64,000 nucleotides of DNA, taken from an uncultured Anaerolineales bacterium. Lineage in GTDB: Bacteria; Chloroflexota; Anaerolineae; Anaerolineales; UBA11858. Below, one piece after another: positions 45,709 to 55,559 of the stretch (position 1 is its first letter; every line of letters starts with the position of its first letter). Location of the stretch: contig CAZVIH010000013.1 of assembly GCA_964627755.1 (NCBI GenBank), positions 2,148 to 66,147 on the forward strand. The letters are read 5' to 3'. The notes under the pieces are model-generated. The model made no database searches. It saw only the letters and a list, made by a program, of their open reading frames with translations, and was not told the origin of the DNA. Position numbers and translations under genes: made by a program.

Positions 45709-46695
45709 GTGATTACCAAAAGAATGATAGTGCTAAGCGTGTTCAGCCTCATCATTATTCTGCTGCCGGCTTCCTGCCAGCAGGCAGAACCGCTGGATCA
45801 GGTCACGCTGCAATTAAAATGGATTCATCAAGCCCAGTTTGCGGGGTATTACCTGGCTCAGGAAAATGGATATTATGCCGCTGAAAACCTTGAGGTCACA
45901 TTCGTGGAGGGGGGGGCGGAAATCGACCCAATTGAGCAGGTATTAACTGGAAAAGCTGACGTGGGTATCTATGCCCCTGAAGATTTAATCATTCGGCGCA
46001 GCCAGGGACAGCCCCTGGTTGCCCTGGCAGTAATCTACCAACTTAATCCGTTGGTATTTGTTGCTCTGTCTGGATCTGGAATCAAGACTCCGGCCGATTT
46101 CATGGGTCGATCAGCATCCCTGGCTCCTGATGGGATCATCCAGTTTAATGCCATACTCGAATACCTGGGTCTGGATCAGGACCAAATTGAATTCAAACCC
46201 TACGCTTATGATTACACCGATTTTTTTTCCGGCGAAGTTGATATTACGGAAGCGTATTCTACGGGCGGTTTACTGCGAATGGCTCAGCAGGGATACAACC
46301 TTTCCCTGATCTGGCCTGATGATTATGGGGTTCATTTTTACTCAGATACGCTGTTCAGCAGTGAAGATTATTTGAAAGAGAACCAGGACATCCTGGATCG
46401 CTTTCTGCGGGCTACTTTGAGAGGCTGGCGCGAAGCGATTGAAAATCAACAAGCAGGCGTGGATGCTACCCTGCTGTATGCCCTGGAAGCTGATCCCGAT
46501 TTACAGAGACAGATGCTTGAATCCAGCCTGCCCCTGGTGTATACCGGTAGTGATCCAATTGGCTGGATAGACCCCAACACCTGGCAGCAAATGCAAGATA
46601 CCCTGGTTCATCAGGGTCTTTTGGATGATACGGTGCAGATCAGCGAAATGCTGGCGACCCAATTCCTGGAAAAAATCTACTCGGACACAGAGTAA
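45709..46695 (+). CDS. Periplasmic substrate-binding protein, NMT1/THI5 (NitT/TauT-type) family
   Basis: Signal/lipoprotein-like N-terminus (LLPASC). LQLKWIHQAQFAGYYLAQENGYY is typical of NMT1-like SBPs. GTG start; the internal ATG (MIVL) is an alternative. Confidence 0.7.
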   Translation: MITKRMIVLSVFSLIIILLPASCQQAEPLDQVTLQLKWIHQAQFAGYYLAQENGYYAAENLEVTFVEGGAEIDPIEQVLTGKADVGIYAPEDLIIRRSQGQPLVALAVIYQLNPLVFVALSGSGIKTPADFMGRSASLAPDGIIQFNAILEYLGLDQDQIEFKPYAYDYTDFFSGEVDITEAYSTGGLLRMAQQGYNLSLIWPDDYGVHFYSDTLFSSEDYLKENQDILDRFLRATLRGWREAIENQQAGVDATLLYALEADPDLQRQMLESSLPLVYTGSDPIGWIDPNTWQQMQDTLVHQGLLDDTVQISEMLATQFLEKIYSDTE

Positions 46696-46750
46696 TTCGC
46701 TGCCTGAATCTGGAGACTTGTAACAATCGCACCTCAGAGATGGAGACAGA

Positions 46751-49564
46751 ATGAATTGGTTGAAGTCAATAAGTAGAACCCTGGGCACTCGCCTGGTTGG
46801 GATGTTCTTGATCCTGACCTTCCTGCTGGCCGGCGGCACAAGCTACCTGATCCATGATCTGGCATCCGATGCCCTGCATGCAAGTGCCGAAAACCGCCTG
46901 ACTAATATTAATCTTCTAAAGGAAGCGGAATTAGAGCGCTGGATAGTTTCGAATATGGAACAACTTGAAGCTTTGGCCCAGCGGCCCCTGGTGCGGGAGT
47001 ATAGTGCAGAAATCATCGATCTGGATCGGACGGATACTCGCTTCCAGGAGCTGCGGGATCAGCTGCTCCAGGATCATCTTATTCCAACGCTGAAAACCAA
47101 TGGCGGTTACGAAGTGGTCTCTCTAATAAATGCCGAGAACGGTAAGATCATCCTGAGTACGCGGGAAGATCTTGAGGGGAAATTCCGTGAAAGCAAACAA
47201 TTCTTTTTAGAAGGTTTGTCGGGAACCCATTTCGCGAAGCCTGAATATGACCAGGAATCCAATCAGCCTGTTCAGCATGTCAGCACTCCTGTCAGGGATG
47301 CAGGGGGAAAGGTAATTGCTGTTCTGGTTGGACATGTGGATGTTGATGAAATCTCCGTTATTATGGTTCAGGATCGGGAATTCACTCAAACCCAGGAATC
47401 CTATTTGATTGACAGCTCTAACTTAATGATCACGGAAAACCGTCTTTCCCCCACATCCGCTCACAAGGCATTTGTATTCACAACAGCTGCGGAAAATTGC
47501 CTGCAGGGAGAGAATGGATCCGCGATGTATGATAACTACCGGGGAGAACCCGTGGTTGGCTCTTACCGCTGGATTCCGGAATGGGAGATGTGCCTGATCA
47601 CAGAGCAGGATCAATCAGAAGCTTTTATCCTGCTTGCTAATTTGACGGAAGCCACAATTTTAATTGGCGTTGGTATCCTGATACTGGGTACGATTACCGG
47701 TTTTCTTTTCTCCCGGAGCATAACCAGGCCTCTAAAAGCCCTGACCCGGGGAGCCCTGGAAGTAGGTCAGGGAAATCTGGATTATGAAGTGATTGTTAAT
47801 TCTCGGGATGAGCTGGGTGATCTGGCAGATAGTTTTAATCACATGCGCGAAAGTCTTTCAGGCTCAATTTCCGAGAATGTTCGCATGCTGCAGGAGTTGG
47901 AACTCTTTAACGATGAGCTGGAAGCCAGAGTTGCGGATCGGACCCGGGAATTAAAGGAAGCCCAGCTGACTGCTCAAAATTTGATGGAAGAAGCCCAGCA
48001 GGCCAGGAAAAAATCTGAGGAGAACGAGTTCCGCTTCCGGGCCCTCTTTGAGGATTCACCGGTATCTCTCTGGGAAGAAGACTTTTCGGCCCTTAAAGAA
48101 TACCTGGTTCAGCTCAAGGAACAGGGTATCGAGGATTTTGATGCATATTTTACTGAGAATACCGGGGAAGTTTCGAATTGTTTTCAATTAGTCAGGGTGC
48201 TTGAGGTAAACCAGCAGTCCCTGACCACTTTTGAGGCAAAGGATAAAAATCAACTACTGGAATCGATGGGGAATACTTTCACCGCTGAGACTGAAGACAT
48301 TTTACGGCAGGAATTGATAACTCTTGCCGGCGGGAAGCTTCGATTCGGTGCAGAAATCCCCTATCTTACCCTGAAGGGAAACCAGATCTGGGGCAGCCTG
48401 GTGGTTTCCATTGCCCCGGGTTTTGAGGAAACCTGGTCGAAAGTACTGGTATCGATCCTGGATATCACAGATCAAAAAAAAGCCCGGGAAGCCATCCTGG
48501 AGGAAAAAGATTTCTCAGACAAGATCATAAACAGTATTCCCGGCATATTTTATGTCATTAATACCGAAGGACGTTTCCTGCGCTGGAACAGGAATTTTGT
48601 GAATGTTTCTGAATACAGTGATAAAGAGCTGCGCTCCCTGAAACCAGCTGCCCTGTTTACCGGGGCGGAAAGGGAGCTGATTGCCAAGAAGATCGGAGAA
48701 TCATTTGCCCGGGGAGCTTCTTCTGTAACTGCCCACATTACATCGAAATCAGGTAAAAAAACCCCCTACTTCCTGACGGGTATCAGGGTGATGATCGAAG
48801 GTGATCCGATCCTGGTTGGCACTGGTATGGATATCAGTGAGCGGGTGTATGCTGAAAAAGCCCTGGCAGAAAAAGCCCGGGATCTGAAGCGTTCCAATAA
48901 GGATCTGGAACAGTTCGCCTATGTGGCATCCCATGACCTTCAGGAACCCCTGCGCATGGTAGCCAGTTATCTGCAGCTTCTTGATAAACGTTATAGTGAT
49001 GATCTTACGGATGAGGCCCGGGAGTTTATGGCATTTGCGGTTGACGGAGCTACCCGGATGAAACAGCTGATTAATGATCTGCTGGCTTACTCCCGGGTGG
49101 GGACCAAGGGTGAAGAATTCCATCTGATAGATTTTGATCAAGTTCTGGAGAAAGTGAATCAAAATATCGAGGAATTGGTCAGTGACAGCGGCGCTGCTAT
49201 CACTCACGATGATCTGCCAACTCTAAAAGCGGATCCAACCCAGATTTTACAGCTTTACCAGAACCTGATCAGCAATGCCATTAAATTTCGAAAAATGGAT
49301 GAATCGCCAGTTATTCATCTCAGCGCTGAACTAGAAAATGGATACTGGAAGTTAGGTGTCCACGATAACGGCATCGGTTTGGATCTCCAATATGCGGAAC
49401 GCATATTTGTGCTCTTCCAGCGTCTTCACGGTTCGGAACAATATCCGGGCACCGGGATAGGTTTAGCTCTCAGTAAAAGGATCGTGGAACGTCATGGCGG
49501 GAAGATCTGGGTTGAATCCCGGCCCGGCGAAGGAGCAACCTTTTATTTTACCTTACCCGATTGA
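46751..49564 (+). CDS. Sensor histidine kinase: TM - Cache-like periplasmic domain - TM - HAMP - PAS x2 - HisKA - HATPase_c
   Basis: Two TM helices bracket a domain of about 270 aa. A HAMP domain (RPLKALTRGALEVGQGNLDY) and two PAS-like modules follow. H-box ASHDLQEPLRMV, N box NLISNAIKF and G boxes DNGIGL, GTGIGLAL. Confidence 0.9.
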   Translation: MNWLKSISRTLGTRLVGMFLILTFLLAGGTSYLIHDLASDALHASAENRLTNINLLKEAELERWIVSNMEQLEALAQRPLVREYSAEIIDLDRTDTRFQELRDQLLQDHLIPTLKTNGGYEVVSLINAENGKIILSTREDLEGKFRESKQFFLEGLSGTHFAKPEYDQESNQPVQHVSTPVRDAGGKVIAVLVGHVDVDEISVIMVQDREFTQTQESYLIDSSNLMITENRLSPTSAHKAFVFTTAAENCLQGENGSAMYDNYRGEPVVGSYRWIPEWEMCLITEQDQSEAFILLANLTEATILIGVGILILGTITGFLFSRSITRPLKALTRGALEVGQGNLDYEVIVNSRDELGDLADSFNHMRESLSGSISENVRMLQELELFNDELEARVADRTRELKEAQLTAQNLMEEAQQARKKSEENEFRFRALFEDSPVSLWEEDFSALKEYLVQLKEQGIEDFDAYFTENTGEVSNCFQLVRVLEVNQQSLTTFEAKDKNQLLESMGNTFTAETEDILRQELITLAGGKLRFGAEIPYLTLKGNQIWGSLVVSIAPGFEETWSKVLVSILDITDQKKAREAILEEKDFSDKIINSIPGIFYVINTEGRFLRWNRNFVNVSEYSDKELRSLKPAALFTGAERELIAKKIGESFARGASSVTAHITSKSGKKTPYFLTGIRVMIEGDPILVGTGMDISERVYAEKALAEKARDLKRSNKDLEQFAYVASHDLQEPLRMVASYLQLLDKRYSDDLTDEAREFMAFAVDGATRMKQLINDLLAYSRVGTKGEEFHLIDFDQVLEKVNQNIEELVSDSGAAITHDDLPTLKADPTQILQLYQNLISNAIKFRKMDESPVIHLSAELENGYWKLGVHDNGIGLDLQYAERIFVLFQRLHGSEQYPGTGIGLALSKRIVERHGGKIWVESRPGEGATFYFTLPD

Positions 49565-49698
49565 CATACAATCTAGCAAAACCTCCATACCAGGGACTGA
49601 ATACCCTTGTCCAGGGACGGGTTAGCAGTTTGTAAAAGAATTAAGCGTGAGGTTTCATCGAACATGTCCGGAACAGTACTACTATTCAAGGAGAACTG

Positions 49699-50151
49699 AT
49701 GGCAGAATATTCTGCAAAGCCAGTAGAGATTTTATTAGTAGAAGATAACCTCGGGGATGTGCGCCTGACTCGGGAAGCCTTACTGGAAGGAAAAGTCAAG
49801 AATAATCTTTCCGTTGCCGGGGATGGCCTGGAGGCGTTGCAGTTCCTGCGCCAGGAAGGCAAATACAATAATGCCACTCGACCTGATCTGGTGTTATTGG
49901 ATCTTAACCTGCCCCGGATGGATGGAAGGGAGTTATTAGCAGAAATCAAAGAAGATCCGGATCTGAAAAAAATCCCGATCGTAATTTTGACCACTTCCAA
50001 AGCTGAAGAAGACATAATCAAAACCTACAATCTGCATGCCAATTGTTATATCACCAAGCCGGTGGATCTGAACCAGTTTTTTAAAGTGGTGAGATCCATA
50101 GAAGATTTCTGGATGACGATCGTTAAATTACCACCTCATAACACTCGCTAA
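49699..50151 (+). CDS. Stand-alone receiver-domain response regulator (Rcp1-like)
   Basis: [38 protein letters not shown] and CYITKP. AAGGAGA SD. Confidence 0.85.
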   Translation: MAEYSAKPVEILLVEDNLGDVRLTREALLEGKVKNNLSVAGDGLEALQFLRQEGKYNNATRPDLVLLDLNLPRMDGRELLAEIKEDPDLKKIPIVILTTSKAEEDIIKTYNLHANCYITKPVDLNQFFKVVRSIEDFWMTIVKLPPHNTR

Positions 50152-50402
50152 CCCTAGTCCTGGCAGGATATACTCCCGTTCTGGTGAATACCCATTGACC
50201 CCGTGTCTGGATTAGAATATGAACCCTGTCCCGGGTATCTGTTTTAGATCTGCCAGGAAACGGATAATTACCCCCGAATTTTATCAATAACTAACGGAAT
50301 TGTTAACTTCGCTCAGGAAGAATTAAGTTACGATGAAGTTACGAAGGAAGACTCCTTTGACTTTACTGGGGAAGCCCCCCATTTCTTCTCCTCCTTAGAT
50401 AA

Positions 50403-50440
50403 GCACTCACCTCACCGCGGGCAGCCGGTGAGGTGAGTGC
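50403..50440. terminator. 15-bp perfect hairpin, 14 nt downstream of the 3' end of the tRNA operon
   Basis: GCACTCACCTCACCG-cgggcagc-CGGTGAGGTGAGTGC. The U-tract is weak on both strands (TTATCT on the minus strand, CTTTAAA on the plus strand). Confidence 0.5.
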
Positions 50441-50454
50441 CTTTAAAGAGAAAG

Positions 50455-50525
<71 letters not shown>

Positions 50526-50537
50526 TTGATATAAAGA

Positions 50538-50583
50538 GGCTGATGGTTTCCGGCTGTTCAATTTCAGCCATCGGCCACCAGCC
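50538..50583 (-). other. Rod-like hairpin inside the 72-nt tRNA-Gly/tRNA-Cys spacer
   Basis: On the minus-strand RNA, GGCUGGUGG pairs with CCAUCAGCC (one G-U). An inner GGCUG/CAGCC helix extends the structure. On the + strand the G-U becomes an A-C mismatch. Confidence 0.4.
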
Positions 50584-50597
50584 GGTTTTCTGGAAAG

Positions 50598-50669
<72 letters not shown>

Positions 50670-50676
50670 TTGAAAG

Positions 50677-50749
50677 TGCCGAGAGCCAGACTCGAACTGG
50701 CGACCCTTTGATTTTCAGTCAAATGCTCTACCAACTGAGCTATCTCGGC
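50677..50749 (-). tRNA. tRNA-Phe (GAA)
   Basis: Acceptor GCCGAGA/TCTCGGC, D-arm GCTC-AGTTGGTA-GAGC, anticodon loop CUGAAAA, T-arm GCCAG-TTCGAGT-CTGGC. 73 nt, with only 7 nt to tRNA-Gly. Confidence 0.9.
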
Positions 50750-50779
50750 CTATTATTTATCCTTGGTACCGCAGCGTCA

Positions 50780-50808
50780 ATTTTACTCGTTCGATATGGC
50801 CTTGTCAA
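50780..50808 (-). promoter_or_regulatory. Consensus-like promoter of the tRNA-Phe/Gly/Cys operon
   Basis: On the minus strand: TTGACA, a 17-nt spacer, then TAAAAT. It ends about 30 nt upstream of tRNA-Phe, and the -35 box starts 4 nt after the stop of the upstream gene. Confidence 0.6.
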
Positions 50809-50811
50809 GCT

Positions 50812-51270
50812 TCAGGCCTTTTTCGATAAGAAAGGCATATAGAGAATGAAGCCGACGGCGATGATGATTTCTCCGGCGACCACACCAGCTGCTTGGCTGG
50901 GGCCGAAAAAGGGCAGGGCAGGCCAGGTTTGAGTGCCAAACCCAAACACATCTGCCATCGCTGAGATCAATGAAACCAGGTAACCCGTCGCTACCAGGCG
51001 CACGCCGACATCCTGAGCCAGGGATTGAATCCTGTCTGCATCCTTGTGGCAGGCTTTGAAGCTTAGAAAACCACCCAGGCACAAGATTGCCAATCCGGTA
51101 GAAAATGTTGCGGTTTGCACAAAACCTATATATAGACTGCGGTCGAGCCCGACCATGGCAGGATTTGCGCCCAGAAGAAAGATCAAAAAACCAGCGATGG
51201 CCAATCCAAGGCCGATATATAATCGCCTTCTGAAAAATCTTCGATTAGATTTATTGCCGTGTTTATTCAT
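50812..51270 (-). CDS. Small integral membrane protein, unknown function
   Basis: 152 aa with a basic N-terminus (NRRFFRRR) and four hydrophobic helices. Confidence 0.6.
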   Translation of the reverse strand: MNKHGNKSNRRFFRRRLYIGLGLAIAGFLIFLLGANPAMVGLDRSLYIGFVQTATFSTGLAILCLGGFLSFKACHKDADRIQSLAQDVGVRLVATGYLVSLISAMADVFGFGTQTWPALPFFGPSQAAGVVAGEIIIAVGFILYMPFLSKKA

Positions 51271-51283
51271 GGTGGGATAGGGA

Positions 51284-51586
51284 TTATAACTGAAAACCCT
51301 CTTGGGCAGGGATCACTTTATAAGAGAAGTTTTCTACGAATTTTAATAGGTTTTCAAGCAGCAGCAACCATTCCTTGGAAGCCATGATAACGTTAAGCGC
51401 GGCCCGGCTTTGAGTTCTGGCAGCAACCATGATCTGGGGTTGATCTCCGAACAAGGTATACCAGGCATCTACGTGGTGAATGCCCAACCGCTTAATTTCT
51501 GGAAGGAAGTCACTGATAACAAACTCAAAGTATTCCTGTTCCAAATTGGGCAGGATATCCCAGGTCATGAGTAGTTTTACGGTCAT
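51284..51586 (-). CDS. Hypothetical protein (100 aa)
   Basis: The ORF is tightly packed between neighbours (13-nt and 12-nt gaps). No family recognised. Confidence 0.5.
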   Translation of the reverse strand: MTVKLLMTWDILPNLEQEYFEFVISDFLPEIKRLGIHHVDAWYTLFGDQPQIMVAARTQSRAALNVIMASKEWLLLLENLLKFVENFSYKVIPAQEGFQL

Positions 51587-51598
51587 GCAGGACTCCTT

Positions 51599-52258
51599 CT
51601 ATTCGGATTCCTGGGCATATTCCAGAACGACTACGTTGGTTTCACTACTGGATCGGCTGCTGGTAATATTGAGTTCCGGTCGGGGTTCTACTTTATCAAG
51701 TCCCATTTCCTTGATGAATTTCTCCAGGGGCTCCAGGTCCAGCTTGCACTCATCGGTTTGGTAGAACATGGGGATGGCATAACTGGGTTCAAGAATGCGT
51801 ATGGCTTCTACTGCCTTGGAGGCGGTTAAGCTTCCACCGCCGCCAACTGGTACCAGGGCTACATGAATGTCTCCGGCAATAGACTTGACGTCAGACTGGT
51901 TTGGGACCCGGTTTAAGTTCCCCAGGTGAGCGATCTGGATACCGTTGTAATCGAAGATAAACATGATGTTCCGTAGATCATCTTCTTTGCTTTTATGATT
52001 GGTACGGATACCGGTGATAAATACTTCTCCAATTTCATATTCGCCTGGTCCGGTGATGATATGTTGATCATTCTTTCTTTTTTTTATGACCTTGGTGTGG
52101 TTGTGCCCGGGTGCATCATGACTTACAGTAACGATATCGGCGGATAAATTGAGTTCGTTATAGCCGATTTTTTTATGGTTATAGGGATCCGTGACTACAG
52201 TTGCCATTCCCCTTTCAGTCAATCGGAAACATGAATGCCCATGCCAAGTGATTTTCAT
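51599..52258 (-). CDS. Metallo-beta-lactamase-fold hydrolase (UPF0173-like)
   Basis: MKITWHGHSCFRL..., VVTDPY and DIVTVSHDAPGHNH are typical of this small MBL family. Confidence 0.8.
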   Translation of the reverse strand: MKITWHGHSCFRLTERGMATVVTDPYNHKKIGYNELNLSADIVTVSHDAPGHNHTKVIKKRKNDQHIITGPGEYEIGEVFITGIRTNHKSKEDDLRNIMFIFDYNGIQIAHLGNLNRVPNQSDVKSIAGDIHVALVPVGGGGSLTASKAVEAIRILEPSYAIPMFYQTDECKLDLEPLEKFIKEMGLDKVEPRPELNITSSRSSSETNVVVLEYAQESE

Positions 52259-52509
52259 TAAGCCTCCTGCCGGCTTTTTTTAATGATTTTAAGTGCCTTC
52301 TGCAAAATGTGATTATACTTCAATCTGACCAAAACTCATAGCACCCAAACACCCCCAGGACCAGGCGGAATCGGAATTCCTGGACCCGAATTATCCTCTA
52401 AAAATGAATTTTTCTATCCTCTTTAGGGGTAGATTCTATTGGAATCTCATTAGTTTTTACCCCAAAAATCCAGCTTTGAACTGTTGTTGGTATAATGTGC
52501 GATATTCCT

Positions 52510-52531
52510 GCCAGATCTATGCTGATCTGGC
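52510..52531. promoter_or_regulatory. Perfect 8-bp inverted repeat upstream of uvrA
   Basis: GCCAGATC-tatgct-GATCTGGC ends 34 nt before the uvrA ATG. Confidence 0.3.
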
Positions 52532-52564
52532 TTGATTTCGAACCAGAATCAAATCATAATAGCT

Positions 52565-55462
52565 ATGGAAAACAAGATCAAAGTTGTAGGGGCCAGAGTT
52601 CATAACCTGAAAAATATCACTGTGGAGATTCCCCGTGATAAATTTGTGGTCATTACCGGTTTGTCTGGATCTGGAAAATCATCCCTGGCATTTGATACCA
52701 TTTTTGCAGAGGGACAGAGAAGATATGTAGAATCCCTTTCCTCTTATGCCCGCCAGTTCCTGGGGCAAATGGATAAACCGGATGTGGATTATATCGAAGG
52801 TTTATCTCCTGCGGTATCGATTGATCAACGGGGCACCTCTCAAAACCCCCGTTCAACTGTGGGTACAGTAACAGAGATCTATGATTATCTGCGTTTGCTG
52901 TACGCCCGGGCTGGAATTCCCCACTGCCCGGAATGCGGCCGGGAAGTGACCACTCAATCAGCCCAGGAAATTGTTGATCATATTGAAACCCTTCCCGAAG
53001 GCACCAAATTTAATATCCTTGCTCCTGTGATCCGCGGCCGGAAAGGGGAACACCAGGGCATCCTGGACGAGATCCAGAAATCGGGTTTTGTGCGGGCCAG
53101 AATTAACGGTGAGATCCGCCGTTTGGAAGAGGATATCACCCTGGAACGCTACCAGCAGCATACAATAGAGGCAGTGGTTGACCGGCTGGTGATCAAGAAA
53201 CCCGAATCCGAAGAGGATCTGAATAATTTCCGCTCCCGACTGACCGATTCTGTAGAAACTGCCCTGAAATACGGGGACGGCTACCTGACGATCTTTGATG
53301 TGACCGATCCAGAGAACCCCGTCAATACAAATTATTCCGAACATTTGGCTTGCCCCGTTTGTGATATCAGCTTCCCGGAAATTGAACCCAGAACTTTTTC
53401 ATTTAACACTCCCCATGGCGCTTGTCCAACCTGCGAAGGGATTGGAACCAAACTTGAAGTGGATGTCAATTTGCTGGTTCCGGATAAAACTCTCTCGATT
53501 AACGAAGGAGCAATTGACGCCCAGGAATGGGGTGGTCCCAAGGCCCAGGGAGGGTATTACTGGCGCGCTCTGGTCGGCGCAGCTGACCTTAATAAAATCG
53601 ATCTTGATATCCCCTACAAAAGACTTACCACTGATCAGGAACAGGTTATCCTTTATGGGACCCAGGGGGATGAAGTTCCGATGACCTATACGGATAAGGA
53701 AGGGCGGGAGTACGAGTTTTTCCGGGCCTTTGAGGGTGTGATTACTAACCTTGAACGTCGGTTCAAAGAAACCCAATCGGAATATATGCGGTCACGGATC
53801 ATGGGGTATATGAATGATAATCCCTGCCCTTCATGCCACGGCGCCCGTTTGCGTCCGGAAGCTTTGGCAGTGACCATAAATGACATCAACATCGTTGAGA
53901 TTTCCACCTGGCCAATTCAGAAAGCGCTGGAGTGGATCAATTTCCTAAACAGCAAGGATTCTCCTCTCTCGGAACGCCAGCAGATCATTGCTGACCGGGT
54001 CCTGCGCGAGCTGACAGAACGCCTGGGATTCCTGGTAGATGTAGGATTGGATTACCTGAGCCTGAACCGGAATGCGGGAACACTATCCGGTGGCGAAGCC
54101 CAACGCATCCGCCTCGCAACCCAGATCGGTTCCCACCTGATGGGTGTATTATATGTGCTCGATGAACCGTCCATTGGACTGCACCCCCGTGATAATGGAC
54201 GGCTGCTGCGGACCCTGGAAGGTCTGCGAGATCTGGGCAACACAGTCATGGTAGTGGAACACGATGCAGAAACCATTGAAACCGCGGACTGGGTCCTCGA
54301 TCTAGGACCCGGCGCAGGAGAACAAGGCGGAGAGGTAGTTGTAGCGGGAACTTATAAGGATATTCTGGCCCATCCAACATCCTTGACTGGTGCTTACCTT
54401 TCTGGACGAAAGAAGGTACCTGTCCCGGAGGTACGGCGGAAAGGATCAGGAAAATCAATTCAGATCCTGGGAGCCCGGGAACACAACCTCAAGAATATTG
54501 ACGTCACAATCCCTCTGGGACAGCTGGTTTGCATCACTGGAGTTTCCGGTTCCGGTAAATCAACCCTGATGATTGAAATCCTTTATAAAGCGCTGGCGCG
54601 AGAATTAAATCGGGCCAAGACCAAACCTGGCGATCACGATGCCATCAAGGGTATTGAAAATATCGACAAGATCGTCAACATTGACCAATCCCCGATCGGG
54701 AGAACACCGCGCTCAAACCCGGGGACTTATACGAAATTATTTGACCATATTCGAGATTTGTTTGCGGATCTTCCGGAGAGCAAGATCCGGGGTTATGACA
54801 AAGGCAGATTCTCATTTAATGTTAAGGGCGGCCGCTGTGAGGCTTGCCGGGGACATGGGCAGCTGGAGATCGAAATGCAATTCCTGCCAGATGTTTATGT
54901 ACCCTGTGATGTTTGCCATGGAAAGCGCTATAACAGGGAAACTCTCCAGGTACGGTTTAAAGGGAAATATAACATTGCTGATGTGCTGGAGATGACCATT
55001 GACAAGGCCATGGAAGTCTTTGAGGCTTTCCCGGCTATGATGAGTAAACTTTTAACCCTCCAGGATGTGGGGTTGGGTTATATTCGCATTGGCCAGGCTT
55101 CAACAACTCTATCCGGGGGAGAAGCCCAACGCATAAAATTATCCCGGGAGCTTTCCAAACGTTCCACCGGATCCACTTTATATGTCCTGGATGAGCCATC
55201 GGTTGGTTTGCACGCTGCCGATGTGCATAAGTTGATCGAAGTGCTGCAGCGATTGGTGGACGAAGGCAATACGGTCTTGATCATTGAACACAATCTGGAT
55301 ATCGTCAAAGTTGCTGACTATATTATTGACCTGGGTCCGGAAGGCGGGGATGCGGGTGGTGAAGTGATCGCTGCCGGCCAACCCAGCGAGATCTGCAGTT
55401 CACCCCAATCTTATACAGGTGAATACCTGAAATCTTATATTAAAGCAAATCACTCAAGTTAG
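52565..55462 (+). CDS. uvrA: Excinuclease ABC subunit A
   Basis: [18 protein letters not shown], two ABC modules (GLSGSGKSS and GVSGSGKST; [12 protein letters not shown] and [12 protein letters not shown]) and zinc-finger Cys clusters. The ORF-track TTG at 52532 is less likely. Confidence 0.97.
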   Translation: MENKIKVVGARVHNLKNITVEIPRDKFVVITGLSGSGKSSLAFDTIFAEGQRRYVESLSSYARQFLGQMDKPDVDYIEGLSPAVSIDQRGTSQNPRSTVGTVTEIYDYLRLLYARAGIPHCPECGREVTTQSAQEIVDHIETLPEGTKFNILAPVIRGRKGEHQGILDEIQKSGFVRARINGEIRRLEEDITLERYQQHTIEAVVDRLVIKKPESEEDLNNFRSRLTDSVETALKYGDGYLTIFDVTDPENPVNTNYSEHLACPVCDISFPEIEPRTFSFNTPHGACPTCEGIGTKLEVDVNLLVPDKTLSINEGAIDAQEWGGPKAQGGYYWRALVGAADLNKIDLDIPYKRLTTDQEQVILYGTQGDEVPMTYTDKEGREYEFFRAFEGVITNLERRFKETQSEYMRSRIMGYMNDNPCPSCHGARLRPEALAVTINDINIVEISTWPIQKALEWINFLNSKDSPLSERQQIIADRVLRELTERLGFLVDVGLDYLSLNRNAGTLSGGEAQRIRLATQIGSHLMGVLYVLDEPSIGLHPRDNGRLLRTLEGLRDLGNTVMVVEHDAETIETADWVLDLGPGAGEQGGEVVVAGTYKDILAHPTSLTGAYLSGRKKVPVPEVRRKGSGKSIQILGAREHNLKNIDVTIPLGQLVCITGVSGSGKSTLMIEILYKALARELNRAKTKPGDHDAIKGIENIDKIVNIDQSPIGRTPRSNPGTYTKLFDHIRDLFADLPESKIRGYDKGRFSFNVKGGRCEACRGHGQLEIEMQFLPDVYVPCDVCHGKRYNRETLQVRFKGKYNIADVLEMTIDKAMEVFEAFPAMMSKLLTLQDVGLGYIRIGQASTTLSGGEAQRIKLSRELSKRSTGSTLYVLDEPSVGLHAADVHKLIEVLQRLVDEGNTVLIIEHNLDIVKVADYIIDLGPEGGDAGGEVIAAGQPSEICSSPQSYTGEYLKSYIKANHSS

Positions 55463-55559
55463 GCAAAATATACGGGGTGCTCAGAGCAACCGGTATATTT
55501 ATATAAATCAAAATAATTTTTGTTTGATTACTATAGATATACCAGTGATAATTCTGCTG

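Noticed and set aside
50526-50597. The 72-nt Gly-Cys spacer is tRNA-sized, so it could be a degenerate fourth tRNA.
   Set aside because: It folds as a single rod-like hairpin. It has no T-loop (TTCGA-type) or D-loop signature and no acceptor pairing.
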